From Flavobacteriales bacterium (GTDB lineage: Bacteria > Bacteroidota > Bacteroidia > Flavobacteriales > Flavobacteriaceae), in contig JBBQUI010000001.1 of assembly GCA_038212575.1 (NCBI GenBank), positions 1-43,056 of the forward strand: DNA of 43,056 bases, given 5' to 3'. The notes beneath the pieces were generated by a model. That model searched no databases and was not told the DNA's origin. It saw only the letters and a program-made list of their open reading frames with translations. How positions within the stretch are numbered: the stretch's first letter is position 1; the number at the start of each line of letters is the position of its first letter. The translations under genes and the position numbers were made by a program. Shown one piece after another: positions 8,806 through 18,260 of this stretch.

Positions 8806-10200
8806 TTATAAATTTCTAACAGCATCCTTAAACTGTCTGCCGCGGTCTTCGTAGTTTTCAAATAAATCAAAACTCGCGCAGGCCGGGGAAAGGAGAACGG
8901 TGTTATTCCTTTCAGCCAATTTGTATGCAACTTGCACTGCCATTGCCATAGAATCTGTCTCAATTATAGTGTCAACAACGTTTCCGAAGGCATTAATAAT
9001 TTTTTCATTATCCACTCCCAAACAGATTATCGCTTTTACTTTTTCGTTTACTAAAGGCAAAAGTTCGCTGTAATCGTTTCCTTTGTCCACCCCGCCTAAA
9101 ATCCAAACGGTTGGGTTTTCCATACTGTCCAACGCAAAATAAGTGGCGTTCACATTCGTGGCTTTGGAATCGTTGATGTACATTACATTATTGATTTTCA
9201 ACACTTTTTCAAGTCTGTGTTCAACACCCTGAAATCCTTCCAAACTCTCACGAATTGTTTGCTTTCTAATTCTCAATAAAGTGGCTACCGTTGAAGCGGC
9301 CATTGCGTTTTTAACATTGTGTTCTCCTTGGATTCCTATTGTTGCTATTGGCATAGTAAATTGATTGTTATCTATTGTTATTATTATTTCGTTGTTTCTT
9401 TTGAATGCTCCCTGATTCAGTTCTTTTTTAGTTGAAAAAGGAAGCGGTTGCGATTTTATAGGGTTTTGCGAAAGCCATTTAATTATTTCAACATCATCTG
9501 CATCATAAATGAAATAATCCTGCGACGTTTGGTTCATCGTTATCCGAAATTTTGAAGCGATATAATTTTCATATTTATAATCATATCTGTCCAAATGGTC
9601 CGGACTCAAATTGGTCAAAACCGCGATGTGCGGCGCAAAGGTTTCAATGCCGTCAAGCTGAAAACTACTGAGCTCGAGCACGTAATTCTCATACTTTTCT
9701 CCTCCCTTCGCGGAAGCTTCGGAAGAGGACTCGGAAACCTGTTCCGCGAAACTCTTCCCGATGTTTCCACCCAACGCCACATTCAATCCACCGTTTTTCA
9801 GCAATTCGTAAGTCAGACTTGCGGTGGTGGTTTTTCCGTTGCTTCCGGTGATTCCTACGATTGTCGCCTTTGTGAATTTCGCAGCAAACTCAATTTCAGA
9901 AATTACCTTCACTCCTTTTTCGCGCAATTTTTTAATGATTGGCGCTTTATCGGGAATTCCCGGACTTTTCATCACTAAATCTGCTGAAAGGATTTTTTCT
10001 TCGGAATGGCCTCCCTCTTCCCATTCAATTCCATTATTTATAAGAACTTGTTTGTAATTCTCTTTTATTTTTCCAAAGTCTGAAACAAACACCTCAAACC
10101 CTTTCTTTTTTCCTAAAATGGCTGTTCCAACTCCGCTTTCGCCTCCACCCAGAATTACGATTTTCGATTTACGATTGACGATTTTAGATTGTTTGCTCAT
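8806..10200 (-). CDS. murD: UDP-MurNAc-L-Ala--D-Glu ligase
   Basis: ILGGGESG, GITGSNGKTTT, LELSSFQL, NDSKATN, LSPACASFD. Confidence 0.98.
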   Translation of the reverse strand: MSKQSKIVNRKSKIVILGGGESGVGTAILGKKKGFEVFVSDFGKIKENYKQVLINNGIEWEEGGHSEEKILSADLVMKSPGIPDKAPIIKKLREKGVKVISEIEFAAKFTKATIVGITGSNGKTTTASLTYELLKNGGLNVALGGNIGKSFAEQVSESSSEASAKGGEKYENYVLELSSFQLDGIETFAPHIAVLTNLSPDHLDRYDYKYENYIASKFRITMNQTSQDYFIYDADDVEIIKWLSQNPIKSQPLPFSTKKELNQGAFKRNNEIIITIDNNQFTMPIATIGIQGEHNVKNAMAASTVATLLRIRKQTIRESLEGFQGVEHRLEKVLKINNVMYINDSKATNVNATYFALDSMENPTVWILGGVDKGNDYSELLPLVNEKVKAIICLGVDNEKIINAFGNVVDTIIETDSMAMAVQVAYKLAERNNTVLLSPACASFDLFENYEDRGRQFKDAVRNL

Positions 10201-10590
10201 TTTGAATTTAATCTTTTACGAACTGTATTAATCGATGCAATCGTTATTGATAGTAATTCATCAGCCTCTTTGTGCAATCGGTCAATTTCCATGTGATGCA
10301 TTTCTGACATTTCTTTTAATATTTCCAAGAAATACATACTCTCATCTGCTTCCTCTTCAACAATTTTCAACTTATTTATGAAATCCTTATCCGATTTTCC
10401 TCTGCTCGCCGCTCTGTAATTTGCACCCACCGAACTCGAACATCTTATTAATTGATTGCAGTAAGCATTATATTCTCGTGAAATGGGAAATCTCATACAT
10501 AACTTTCCACAATCAACTGCAAAGCGCAACATTCTTCTTTTAATCTCTTCCTTCATAAATCGTAAATCTAAAATCGTATATCTTAAATCC
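10156..10590. repeat. Inverted heptamer arrays bracketing the four-helix-bundle gene
   Basis: TACGATTTTCGATTTACGATT (10156-10176) is the reverse complement of AATCGTAAATCTAAAATCGTA (10558-10578) with one mismatch. Confidence 0.88.
10197..10556 (-). CDS. Four helix bundle protein (23S rRNA intervening-sequence protein family, PF05635/TIGR02436-like)
   Basis: QLIRCSSSVGANYRAASRGKSDKDFINKLKIVEEEADESMYFLEIL matches the family signature; ATGA overlap with murD. Confidence 0.93.
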   Translation of the reverse strand: MKEEIKRRMLRFAVDCGKLCMRFPISREYNAYCNQLIRCSSSVGANYRAASRGKSDKDFINKLKIVEEEADESMYFLEILKEMSEMHHMEIDRLHKEADELLSITIASINTVRKRLNSK

Positions 10591-10593
10591 TTC

Positions 10594-11826
10594 TTATCTA
10601 ATCTTTAGTGTTACAATCGTAATAATCGCTAAAAAAATACCCACGATCCAAAACCGCGTTACAATTTTACTTTCGTGGAAACCCTTTATTTGGTAGTGAT
10701 GATGTAGTGGTGCCATTCTAAAAATTCGCCTACCATCTCCAAATCGTTTCTTTGTGAATTTAAACCAGCCTACTTGCATAACCACTGAAAGGTTTTCCAT
10801 CAAAAATATTCCGCAGAGAATGGGTATCAACAATTCTTTTCGAACCGCAATGGCGATTACTGCTATAATTCCCCCAATAGTTAAACTGCCCGTATCGCCC
10901 ATAAAAACTTGTGCGGGATAGGTATTGTACCATAAAAACCCGATGAGCGCTCCCACAAATGCGGTGATGAAAATGGTCATTTCACCAGTGTTTGGGATAT
11001 ACATAATATTGAGATAGTCAGAAAAAATAACGTTGCCCGAAACCCATGCAAAAAGTGCGAGCGTGATTCCAATAATTGCAGAAGTTCCCGCTGCAAGCCC
11101 ATCTATTCCATCGGTGAGATTGGCGCCGTTTGAGACCGCGGTGATAATAAAAATTACAATCGGGATGAAAATCAGCCACACATAACTTTGATAATTTTCC
11201 CCTGCCCAACTGATCAGTTCGGAATAATTAAACTCGTTTTCCTTTACAAAAGGAATAGTGGTTAGCATGGCTTTGTCCTTCACATAAAACTTATTGGTGG
11301 GACCTTTTGCTATTATTTCAGTTTCTGCTCCAGGATCCGTAATGCTTCGCTGAACAATGATGTCTGGGTGAAAATACATTGTTGCACCAACGAACAAGCC
11401 CAACCCAATCTGTCCAATTACCTTGAATTTCCCAGGCAGACCCTGTTTGTCATTTTTAAATTTTTTGATGTAGTCGTCAATAAAGCCGATGGCTCCCATC
11501 CAAAGAGTGGTTACAATAAGCAGGATTACATAAATATTTTCAAGCTTTGCGAAAAGTAGAACGGGAATTAGCGTGGCGAGAATTATTATGATACCACCCA
11601 TTGTTGGAGTTCCAGCTTTTTCGTTTTGACCATCCAAACCAAGGTCGCGGATAGATTCACCAACTTGTTTTTTTCTTAAGTAATTGATGATTTTTTTACC
11701 GTAAACCGAAGCTATAAAAAGTGAAAGAATAACTGCCAATGCCGCGCGAAACGTAATAAATTCAAACAAACCTGCTCCAGGCATGTCGTACGTTTTCTCC
11801 AAATAGTCGAATAGGTAATATAGCAT
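10594..11826 (-). CDS. mraY: Phospho-N-acetylmuramoyl-pentapeptide transferase
   Basis: [41 protein letters not shown]. Confidence 0.99.
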   Translation of the reverse strand: MLYYLFDYLEKTYDMPGAGLFEFITFRAALAVILSLFIASVYGKKIINYLRKKQVGESIRDLGLDGQNEKAGTPTMGGIIIILATLIPVLLFAKLENIYVILLIVTTLWMGAIGFIDDYIKKFKNDKQGLPGKFKVIGQIGLGLFVGATMYFHPDIIVQRSITDPGAETEIIAKGPTNKFYVKDKAMLTTIPFVKENEFNYSELISWAGENYQSYVWLIFIPIVIFIITAVSNGANLTDGIDGLAAGTSAIIGITLALFAWVSGNVIFSDYLNIMYIPNTGEMTIFITAFVGALIGFLWYNTYPAQVFMGDTGSLTIGGIIAVIAIAVRKELLIPILCGIFLMENLSVVMQVGWFKFTKKRFGDGRRIFRMAPLHHHYQIKGFHESKIVTRFWIVGIFLAIITIVTLKIR

Positions 11827-11829
11827 TTG

Positions 11830-13293
11830 CTATTTGTTTAGCGTTATTAAAAGTTGGTTCACTATTTTAAAATCATCAAAATCGGAGCGTTCACCATTAA
11901 TTTCCTGATAGGTTTCGTGACCTTTTCCAGCAATTAAAATGATGTCGTTTTCCTTTGCCATTTGGCAGGCTGCCTTAATAGCCTCCTTTCTATTGGTTAT
12001 TGAAATTGTCTTTTTATAATGTTCGGCAGGCACGCCTGTTTCAATTTGTTCTATAATTTTTTCGGGGTTTTCGGTTCGTGGATTATCGCTGGTAAAAACC
12101 ACTTTTGTGCTCAACGAAGCAGCGATGTTTCCCATCACCGGTCGTTTCTGCGCATCGCGATCTCCGCCACAGCCTACAACTGTAATCACTTCTTCATTAC
12201 CAGTGCGGATACTGTTTATGGTTTCCAAAACATTTTTCAATGCATCGGGTGTATGTGCATAATCAACTATTGCAGTGATTTTCTTTTCCGAAATCAAATA
12301 TTGAAACCGTCCGCCCACACTTTCCAGTGTGCTCATAATTTGAAGGATCTCAAGTTCCTTCAATCCTAAAAGTTGGGCTGTTCCATAGATTGCCAACAAA
12401 TTATAAGCATTGAAACCACCAATCAATTTCACCCACAACTCTTGGTTGTTTATTTTCAAAAGTTGTCCCGTAAATTGGCTTTCCAGAACCTGTGCTTTAA
12501 AATCAGCATAGGTTTTTAGCGCGTAGGTTTGTTTTTTCGCTTTTGTGTTTTGAAGCATCACCACCCCGTTTTTGTCATCCACATTTACCAATGCGAAAGC
12601 AGTTTTTGGTAATTCATCAAAAAAGGATTTTTTCACATCACGGTATTCAGCGAAATCTTTGTGATAATCCAAATGGTCGTGAGAAAGATTGGTGAAAACA
12701 CCACCAACAAAGTGAAGGGCTTCGGTACGTTTTTGATGGATTCCGTGGGAACTCACTTCCATAAAACAATATTCCACGCCCGCGTCTACCATTTCACGCA
12801 GATACATATTAATGGTCAATGAATCTGGGGTTGTATGCGTGGCTTTAAATTCAGTATTGCCAACCATTATTTTTACCGTGGAGAGTAAGCCCGCTTCCAA
12901 ACCAGCTTTTTTGAAAAGTTGATATAATAAAGAAGAAACTGTGGTTTTTCCATTTGTTCCGGTAATTCCTACGAGCTTTAATTCTTCCGAAGGATTTCCG
13001 TAGTAATTGGCAGCCATAATAGCCAAAGCTTTGTGCGAATCTGAAACTTGCACATATGTTATTCCATTGACTATATTTTCAGGCAAGGTTTCGCAAATAA
13101 TAGCCAGGGCGCCTTGGTCAGCCGCTTTTTTTATGAATTGATGTCCATCGGAAATGGTTCCTTTAATTGCAATAAAAACATCGTTTAATGAAACTTTTCG
13201 GGAATCAAATTCAAGATTGTTTATGGCCACGGAAGTACTGCCAACGACGCTTTCGATGGTAACTTTGTACAATATGTCCTTTAACAATATCAC
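11830..13293 (-). CDS. murE: UDP-MurNAc-tripeptide synthetase (meso-DAP ligase)
   Basis: GITGTNGKTT, MEVSSHG, DHLDYH, VDYAHTPDA, DNPR (DAP-specific motif), AGKGHETYQ. Confidence 0.98.
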   Translation of the reverse strand: MILLKDILYKVTIESVVGSTSVAINNLEFDSRKVSLNDVFIAIKGTISDGHQFIKKAADQGALAIICETLPENIVNGITYVQVSDSHKALAIMAANYYGNPSEELKLVGITGTNGKTTVSSLLYQLFKKAGLEAGLLSTVKIMVGNTEFKATHTTPDSLTINMYLREMVDAGVEYCFMEVSSHGIHQKRTEALHFVGGVFTNLSHDHLDYHKDFAEYRDVKKSFFDELPKTAFALVNVDDKNGVVMLQNTKAKKQTYALKTYADFKAQVLESQFTGQLLKINNQELWVKLIGGFNAYNLLAIYGTAQLLGLKELEILQIMSTLESVGGRFQYLISEKKITAIVDYAHTPDALKNVLETINSIRTGNEEVITVVGCGGDRDAQKRPVMGNIAASLSTKVVFTSDNPRTENPEKIIEQIETGVPAEHYKKTISITNRKEAIKAACQMAKENDIILIAGKGHETYQEINGERSDFDDFKIVNQLLITLNK

Positions 13294-15290
13294 GATAAAT
13301 TCAAGGTTATTAATTGACCCTTTTTAAGGTTTTCGCCAGATTTAATTGATTGGCTAGAAACAGTTCCATTGCCCACAACTTGTACTCTTAGCCCAAGATT
13401 TTCCAATAATGAAACAGCGTCCATTCCTGCCATTCCGGTAACATTGGGAATGGTTTTGTTAGGTTGCTGCAACTTGGCATAATACTTTTCAAAATCCTTT
13501 TCAATCGCTGGATCTGCTTTTTCGACCCCTTCCACAGAATCGATGTTTGGGGAGTCTGTAAATATTTTTTGTGCAATTCTTTTAAATACGGGCCCAGAAA
13601 CATCAGCCCCATAAAATCCTTTTTTGATGCTTGGCTTATGAATAATCACAATGCAGGAATATTTAGGATTTTCAGCAGGAAAAAATCCAGCAAAGGATGA
13701 AATATAACGGCGATTGCTCTTCCAATCCGGCATCCAGTATTCGGTTTGTGCCGTTCCTGTTTTTCCGGCCATTGAAAAATCTGGGGAATAGAGAGATTTC
13801 CCTGTTCCTCGCTTCACGGTGTTTTTAAGGATTTCACGTACCTGCTTCAAAGTTTCATCTGAACAGATTTTAGGATTTATAACCTTCGTATCGTAAGTAG
13901 TAACCTTTTCATTCCAAGCCCTCACTTCTTTAATGAAGCGGGGTTTCACCATTACACCGTGATTTGCAATGGCATTGTAGAACGTTAGTGTTTGTAAAGG
14001 TGTTAACCGTAAATTATAGCCATACGCCATTGAAGGCAACGCATTTTTGCTCCATTTTTTGTCACCCGGTTGAGGAATCATTGGGCTTCCTTCCCCCTTT
14101 ATGGCAACTCCGGTCTTTTCATTTAAGTGCCAGCTTTTTAAACGATCGATGAATTTATTTGGATTTTTAGAATAATTGTCATTGATAATTGTGGCCATGC
14201 CAATGTTTGAAGAAACCTCCAAAACACGTGCGGCAGAAATTTTTCCAAAACCTCCGCGATGCGAATCGTTAATAGGCCTTCCATAAAATAATTTTCTGCC
14301 ATTTCCAGTATCAATTACGGAACTGGTATCAATAACCTTGTCTTCCAAAGCAGCCATAAAAGCCATAACTTTAAAAGTAGAGCCAGGTTCGTGGGATTCA
14401 CCGATAGCGTAATTTAATTTTTCGTAATAAGTTCCATCCGAAATGCGACCTAAATTTGAAACTGCTTTTATTTCGCCTGTGGCCACTTCCATTACAATCA
14501 CGGTTCCGTGTTCAGCTTCGTAGTATTCCAATTGTTTCAAAAGTGCATGATGCGCAATGTCTTGGATATTTACGTTTATGGTTGAAATAATATCGAAGCC
14601 ATCCTGTGGCTCAATTTCGTTTTCATCATAAACTGGTTTCCATTGGCCTTGGGCGATTTTTTGTTTTAGGCGATGGCCTTCTTTTCCTGTTAAAAGATCA
14701 TTAAACGCACCTTCCAATCCCACGGCATAATAACCGGGTCGGTCAAAAGCTTCGTCGCCAACGGTACGCTGTGCAATTTGCCCAATGGGATGCTCACGAA
14801 CGGTGCGCTGTTCCACGATAATGCCTCCTTTGTAGGGTCCTTTTCGAAAAAGTGGCAAATTTTTAACTTTAATATAATTGGAATAACCCAAATTTTTAAC
14901 CACCAACAGATATCGGTTTTTATCGGCACGGGCTTTTCGAAACATATCTTGATAATAGGATACCGGCTTTCCAAACATTTTGCTCAAGCCTTCGGAAAGT
15001 GGCTTCAAGTTCTCATTAAAATCTTCAGAAGAAACAGTAACGGCATCAAAACGGATGTCATACTTCGGCACCGAAGTTGCCAAAAGACTGCCATCATCTG
15101 CATAAACGTTGCCTCTGTTTGCGGGAATTACAAAATTCTTTGTAGTGTTTTCCTTTGCCAGTTCGCGATATTTTTCGCCATCCACAAACTGAATGTTCAT
15201 CAACTTGATGCTTATGGCAAGCGCGAAGAGAAACATACATCCGGCAACGATGTATAAACGGTTCAATATGTTTTTTTCTTCAAAAGCCAT
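13290..15290 (-). CDS. ftsI: Class B penicillin-binding protein (FtsI/PBP3) with C-terminal PASTA domain
   Basis: EPGSTFK (SxxK), SSNIG (SxN), GKTGTAQ (KTG); IPNVTGM PASTA-like tail. Confidence 0.95.
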   Translation of the reverse strand: MAFEEKNILNRLYIVAGCMFLFALAISIKLMNIQFVDGEKYRELAKENTTKNFVIPANRGNVYADDGSLLATSVPKYDIRFDAVTVSSEDFNENLKPLSEGLSKMFGKPVSYYQDMFRKARADKNRYLLVVKNLGYSNYIKVKNLPLFRKGPYKGGIIVEQRTVREHPIGQIAQRTVGDEAFDRPGYYAVGLEGAFNDLLTGKEGHRLKQKIAQGQWKPVYDENEIEPQDGFDIISTINVNIQDIAHHALLKQLEYYEAEHGTVIVMEVATGEIKAVSNLGRISDGTYYEKLNYAIGESHEPGSTFKVMAFMAALEDKVIDTSSVIDTGNGRKLFYGRPINDSHRGGFGKISAARVLEVSSNIGMATIINDNYSKNPNKFIDRLKSWHLNEKTGVAIKGEGSPMIPQPGDKKWSKNALPSMAYGYNLRLTPLQTLTFYNAIANHGVMVKPRFIKEVRAWNEKVTTYDTKVINPKICSDETLKQVREILKNTVKRGTGKSLYSPDFSMAGKTGTAQTEYWMPDWKSNRRYISSFAGFFPAENPKYSCIVIIHKPSIKKGFYGADVSGPVFKRIAQKIFTDSPNIDSVEGVEKADPAIEKDFEKYYAKLQQPNKTIPNVTGMAGMDAVSLLENLGLRVQVVGNGTVSSQSIKSGENLKKGQLITLNLS

Positions 15291-15292
15291 TT

Positions 15293-15390
15293 TTCAGTAC
15301 GCAGTATTCAGTGGTCAGTAATCAGTTATTTGGTTTCTCTTTTCTTTATTCTTTATTCTTTATTCTTTTTTCTTTTTTCTTTTTTCTCTA
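15293..15390. repeat. Two heptamer arrays (CAGTnnn and TTTATTC/TTTTTTC) at the ftsL-ftsI junction
   Basis: cagtacg cagtatt cagtggt cagtaat cagttat, then ctttatt x3 and ctttttt x3. Confidence 0.85.
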
Positions 15391-15708
15391 CTCTTTCTTT
15401 TCAACAATGCGAATTCTCTTTGGTGGCGTTCCCGACGGTAGCAACCCGCGACTTTCCATTGCAGCTATTATTTTGCTTTCCATTCTTGCTTGCATCAAAA
15501 GCATCCGAACGTCCACATATTCACTTTTTAGCTCTTTTACCTCGGCATTAAGCTTTGAAATTTTATGCACTTTTTTATCAGCGGTGTGCGAACTGCCAAT
15601 CATTACCAAAGCCAAGACAGAAAGAAAAATGATGAAGCGCCAGTTTTTCAGCGCATCGTCACTCACCAAAAATTTTCCTTTTATTATGTTGTAAAAACCG
15701 TCTTTCAT
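15388..15708 (-). CDS. ftsL: FtsL-like cell division protein
   Basis: Small protein with one TM followed by a coiled coil, between rsmH and ftsI. Confidence 0.85.
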   Translation of the reverse strand: MKDGFYNIIKGKFLVSDDALKNWRFIIFLSVLALVMIGSSHTADKKVHKISKLNAEVKELKSEYVDVRMLLMQARMESKIIAAMESRGLLPSGTPPKRIRIVEKKE

Positions 15709-15713
15709 TTTTT

Positions 15714-15836
15714 GTGATTCGGGATTCGTTAATTCGGGATTCGGGATTCGGGATTTGGGATTTGGGATTTGGGATTAGTCATCCAGCATCCAACACCCCG
15801 CATCTTTTCTCTTTATTCTTTTATCTCTATTCTTTT
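15714..15836. repeat. Heptamer arrays (GGGATTC/GGGATTT; CTTTATT-like) at the rsmH-ftsL junction
   Basis: ttcgggattcgggattcgggatttgggatttgggatttgggatt at about 15734-15777; second pyrimidine-rich array at about 15805-15836. Confidence 0.85.
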
Positions 15837-15844
15837 TTTAAAAA

Positions 15845-16750
15845 CTATATTTTTTCCGCAATTCGAAGCTTTGCACTCCGGGCTCGGTTGTTTTGTTTAA
15901 TTTCTTCTTTTGAAGGGATTATGAATTTTCCAACTGCTTTAAAAGGCACTTCCACTCTTCCAAAAACATCTTTTTCTGGCTCGCCTTCAAACAATCCGCT
16001 GCGGATGTATCGCTTCACCAATCTGTCTTCCAAAGAATGATAGCTTATCAAACTGATCCGTCCGCCTGATTTCAAAACCTCATTTGTTTGAAGTAAAAAT
16101 TCCTTCAGTGCCTCCAACTCTTTGTTCACTTCAATCCTGATGGCTTGATAGATTTGGGCCAGAATTTTATTTTCTTTATGTGATGGTAGAAATCTGCTTA
16201 GCACTTTTTTTAGCTGTTCGCTAGTTTTTATTTTTTCCAGCTGCCGCGCCTCAATAATCACTTTCGCCATTCCAGCCGCACTTCGCAATTCACCATAATT
16301 TGAAAGCACGTTTCGCAATTGCGATTCTTCATATTTGTTGACAACCGTATATGCCGAAAAGTTTGTGTCACGATTCATACGCATATCTAAATCGGCCTCA
16401 AAGCGGGTTGAAAAGCCTCTTTCGGCAACATCAAACTGATGTGATGAAACACCGAAATCACCCAAAATTCCATCGACTGTTTTATAGCCATGGAATCTTA
16501 AAAATTGTTTCAAAAACCTAAAATTTTGGTTAATGAGCAAAAACCTTGGGTCTTCAATTGCGTTTTCCAAAGCATCTTTATCTTGGTCAAAAGCAATGAG
16601 TTTTCCGTTTGGCCCTAATCGATTCAATATTTCTCGGGAGTGTCCACCGCCGCCGAAAGTAACATCCACATAAACGCCATCGGGTTTTATGTTTAGTCCC
16701 TCGACAGTTTCGTTCAGCAAAACCGGATTATGATATTCCATCACCATCAT
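15845..16750 (-). CDS. rsmH: 16S rRNA m4C1402 methyltransferase RsmH (MraW); start may be ATG at 16741
   Basis: HNPVLL, DVTFGGGGHS, DFGVSSHQ, LDMRM, ISYHSLEDR, RARSAKLR. Confidence 0.98.
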   Translation of the reverse strand: MMVMEYHNPVLLNETVEGLNIKPDGVYVDVTFGGGGHSREILNRLGPNGKLIAFDQDKDALENAIEDPRFLLINQNFRFLKQFLRFHGYKTVDGILGDFGVSSHQFDVAERGFSTRFEADLDMRMNRDTNFSAYTVVNKYEESQLRNVLSNYGELRSAAGMAKVIIEARQLEKIKTSEQLKKVLSRFLPSHKENKILAQIYQAIRIEVNKELEALKEFLLQTNEVLKSGGRISLISYHSLEDRLVKRYIRSGLFEGEPEKDVFGRVEVPFKAVGKFIIPSKEEIKQNNRARSAKLRIAEKI

Positions 16751-17201
16751 TGCTTTTGTTTCCCATTACTTCTTCGGCCAGATCAGCAAAATCATTTGCA
16801 GCATCATCAATGGCCTGTTCGTATTTATTTTTGTCCCAGATTTCCACAATATTTATTGCGGAGGAGAGCACTATTTCTTTGTTAATCCCTGCAAAAGAAA
16901 GTAGGTCTTTAGGGATCAATAAACGGCCCGTAGCATCAAGCTCCACGGTTTTTACACCTGCTGTAAATCTTCTAATAAAATCGTTGTTTTTTCTGCTGAA
17001 GCGATTGAGTTCCCCCATTTTCAACATCAATGCGTCCCACTCTTTCATTGGATACATTTCCAAACAAGGCTGAAATACGGCGCGCTTAATTACAAACCCT
17101 TCGGGTGCTACAGACGCCAACTGCTTTTTCAACGGTGCAGGCACCATGACTCGTCCCTTTACGTCTGCTTTACATTCGTATGTGCCTATTAGATTGAGCA
17201 T
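16728..17201 (-). CDS. mraZ: dcw cluster transcriptional repressor MraZ
   Basis: Two DxKGR/DATGR repeats, VEIWD; first gene of dcw. Confidence 0.97.
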   Translation of the reverse strand: MLNLIGTYECKADVKGRVMVPAPLKKQLASVAPEGFVIKRAVFQPCLEMYPMKEWDALMLKMGELNRFSRKNNDFIRRFTAGVKTVELDATGRLLIPKDLLSFAGINKEIVLSSAINIVEIWDKNKYEQAIDDAANDFADLAEEVMGNKSNDGDGIS

Positions 17202-17233
17202 TGTGGAAATTCCTTGTTTGCAATTTGTTGTTT

Positions 17234-17297
17234 CAAATATATATAACTTTTACCACAATTTACCACATTCTACCACTTTGTTGATAAGTTTTACCAC
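17234..17297 (-). promoter_or_regulatory. dcw promoter with MraZ boxes
   Basis: Minus-strand TATATTTG (Bacteroidota -7 TAnnTTTG) at 17234-17241; GTGGTA direct repeats at 17251, 17261, 17271 (10-bp period) and 17292. Confidence 0.8.
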
Positions 17298-17405
17298 TTT
17301 GTAGATAAAGTGAAATCGAAACAGTAATCGACAAAGCCTAGTTTTAAATAGACCATATGAAATAATTTTGTTTACTTTTGTCATTCTAAATTGCACCAAC
17401 CAAGC

Positions 17406-18170
17406 ATGTCGGAAAACTTAAAGAAAGAAGGAAAATTTTCATATTTAGAAATAGGTGAAGGCACTCCAATAATCATCCTTCACGGGCTTATGGGCGGGTT
17501 GAGTAATTTTGATGGGGTTGCTGATTTCTTTCCTCCAAAAGGCTATAAAATTCTAATTCCGGAATTGCCCATTTACAAAATGACTTTGTTGCGTACCAAC
17601 GTGAAAAATTTCGCGAAATACGTATCGCAGTTTATTGAACATTTGGGCTATGAAGAAGTAATTCTTTTGGGAAACTCTTTAGGAGGGCATATCGGTTTGC
17701 TCTGCACAAAAATGTACCCTGAAAAGGTAAAGGCATTGGTAATTACCGGAAGTTCGGGTCTTTATGAAAGTGCTATGGGCGAAAGCTACCCCAAGCGAGG
17801 AGATTACGACTATATAAAACAAAAGGCCGAAAACGTATTTTACGACCCAGCCATTGCCACTAAAGAAATTGTGGATGATGTTTACGAAACCGTAAACGAC
17901 CGACACAAATTGTTACGAACACTTGCCATCGCCAAAAGCGCCATTAGGCACAATATGGCAAAGGATTTGCCGAAAATGCACACGCCAACCTGCATCATCT
18001 GGGGAAAAAATGACAATGTTACCCCACCGGAAGTTGCAATAGAATTTGATGAACTTTTACCGGATTCTGAGCTATATTGGATTGACAAATGTGGCCACGC
18101 AGCCATGATGGAGCATCCTGATGAATTTAACGAATTGCTTTATTCCTGGCTGGAAAAACGAGGGTACTAA
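17406..18170 (+). CDS. Alpha/beta fold hydrolase
   Basis: LHGLMG oxyanion motif, GNSLGG nucleophile elbow, IWGKND, CGHAAMME; ATG 17406 preferred to TTG 17391; TACTTTTG -7 box at 17373-17380. Confidence 0.92.
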   Translation: MSENLKKEGKFSYLEIGEGTPIIILHGLMGGLSNFDGVADFFPPKGYKILIPELPIYKMTLLRTNVKNFAKYVSQFIEHLGYEEVILLGNSLGGHIGLLCTKMYPEKVKALVITGSSGLYESAMGESYPKRGDYDYIKQKAENVFYDPAIATKEIVDDVYETVNDRHKLLRTLAIAKSAIRHNMAKDLPKMHTPTCIIWGKNDNVTPPEVAIEFDELLPDSELYWIDKCGHAAMMEHPDEFNELLYSWLEKRGY

Positions 18171-18255
18171 AGGTTTCAGGTTTCAGGTTTCAGGTTTCAG
18201 GTTTCAGGTTTTTAAAAAAAAACATTTTTCCCATATAACTCAATACTCAATACTT
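18171..18255. repeat. Heptamer arrays (AGGTTTC)x5+ and ACTCAAT repeats between hydrolase and engB
   Basis: aggtttcaggtttcaggtttcaggtttcaggtttcaggttt starts immediately after the stop codon; actcaatactcaatact precedes the next start. Confidence 0.9.
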
Positions 18256-18260
18256 AAAAA

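Noticed and set aside
10197-10556. Diversity-generating retroelement (because of the Avd-like fold)
   Set aside because: No reverse transcriptase or TR/VR pair seen in the window
714-17201. murF and ddl missing from the dcw cluster
   Set aside because: Normal for Bacteroidota, where they lie elsewhere
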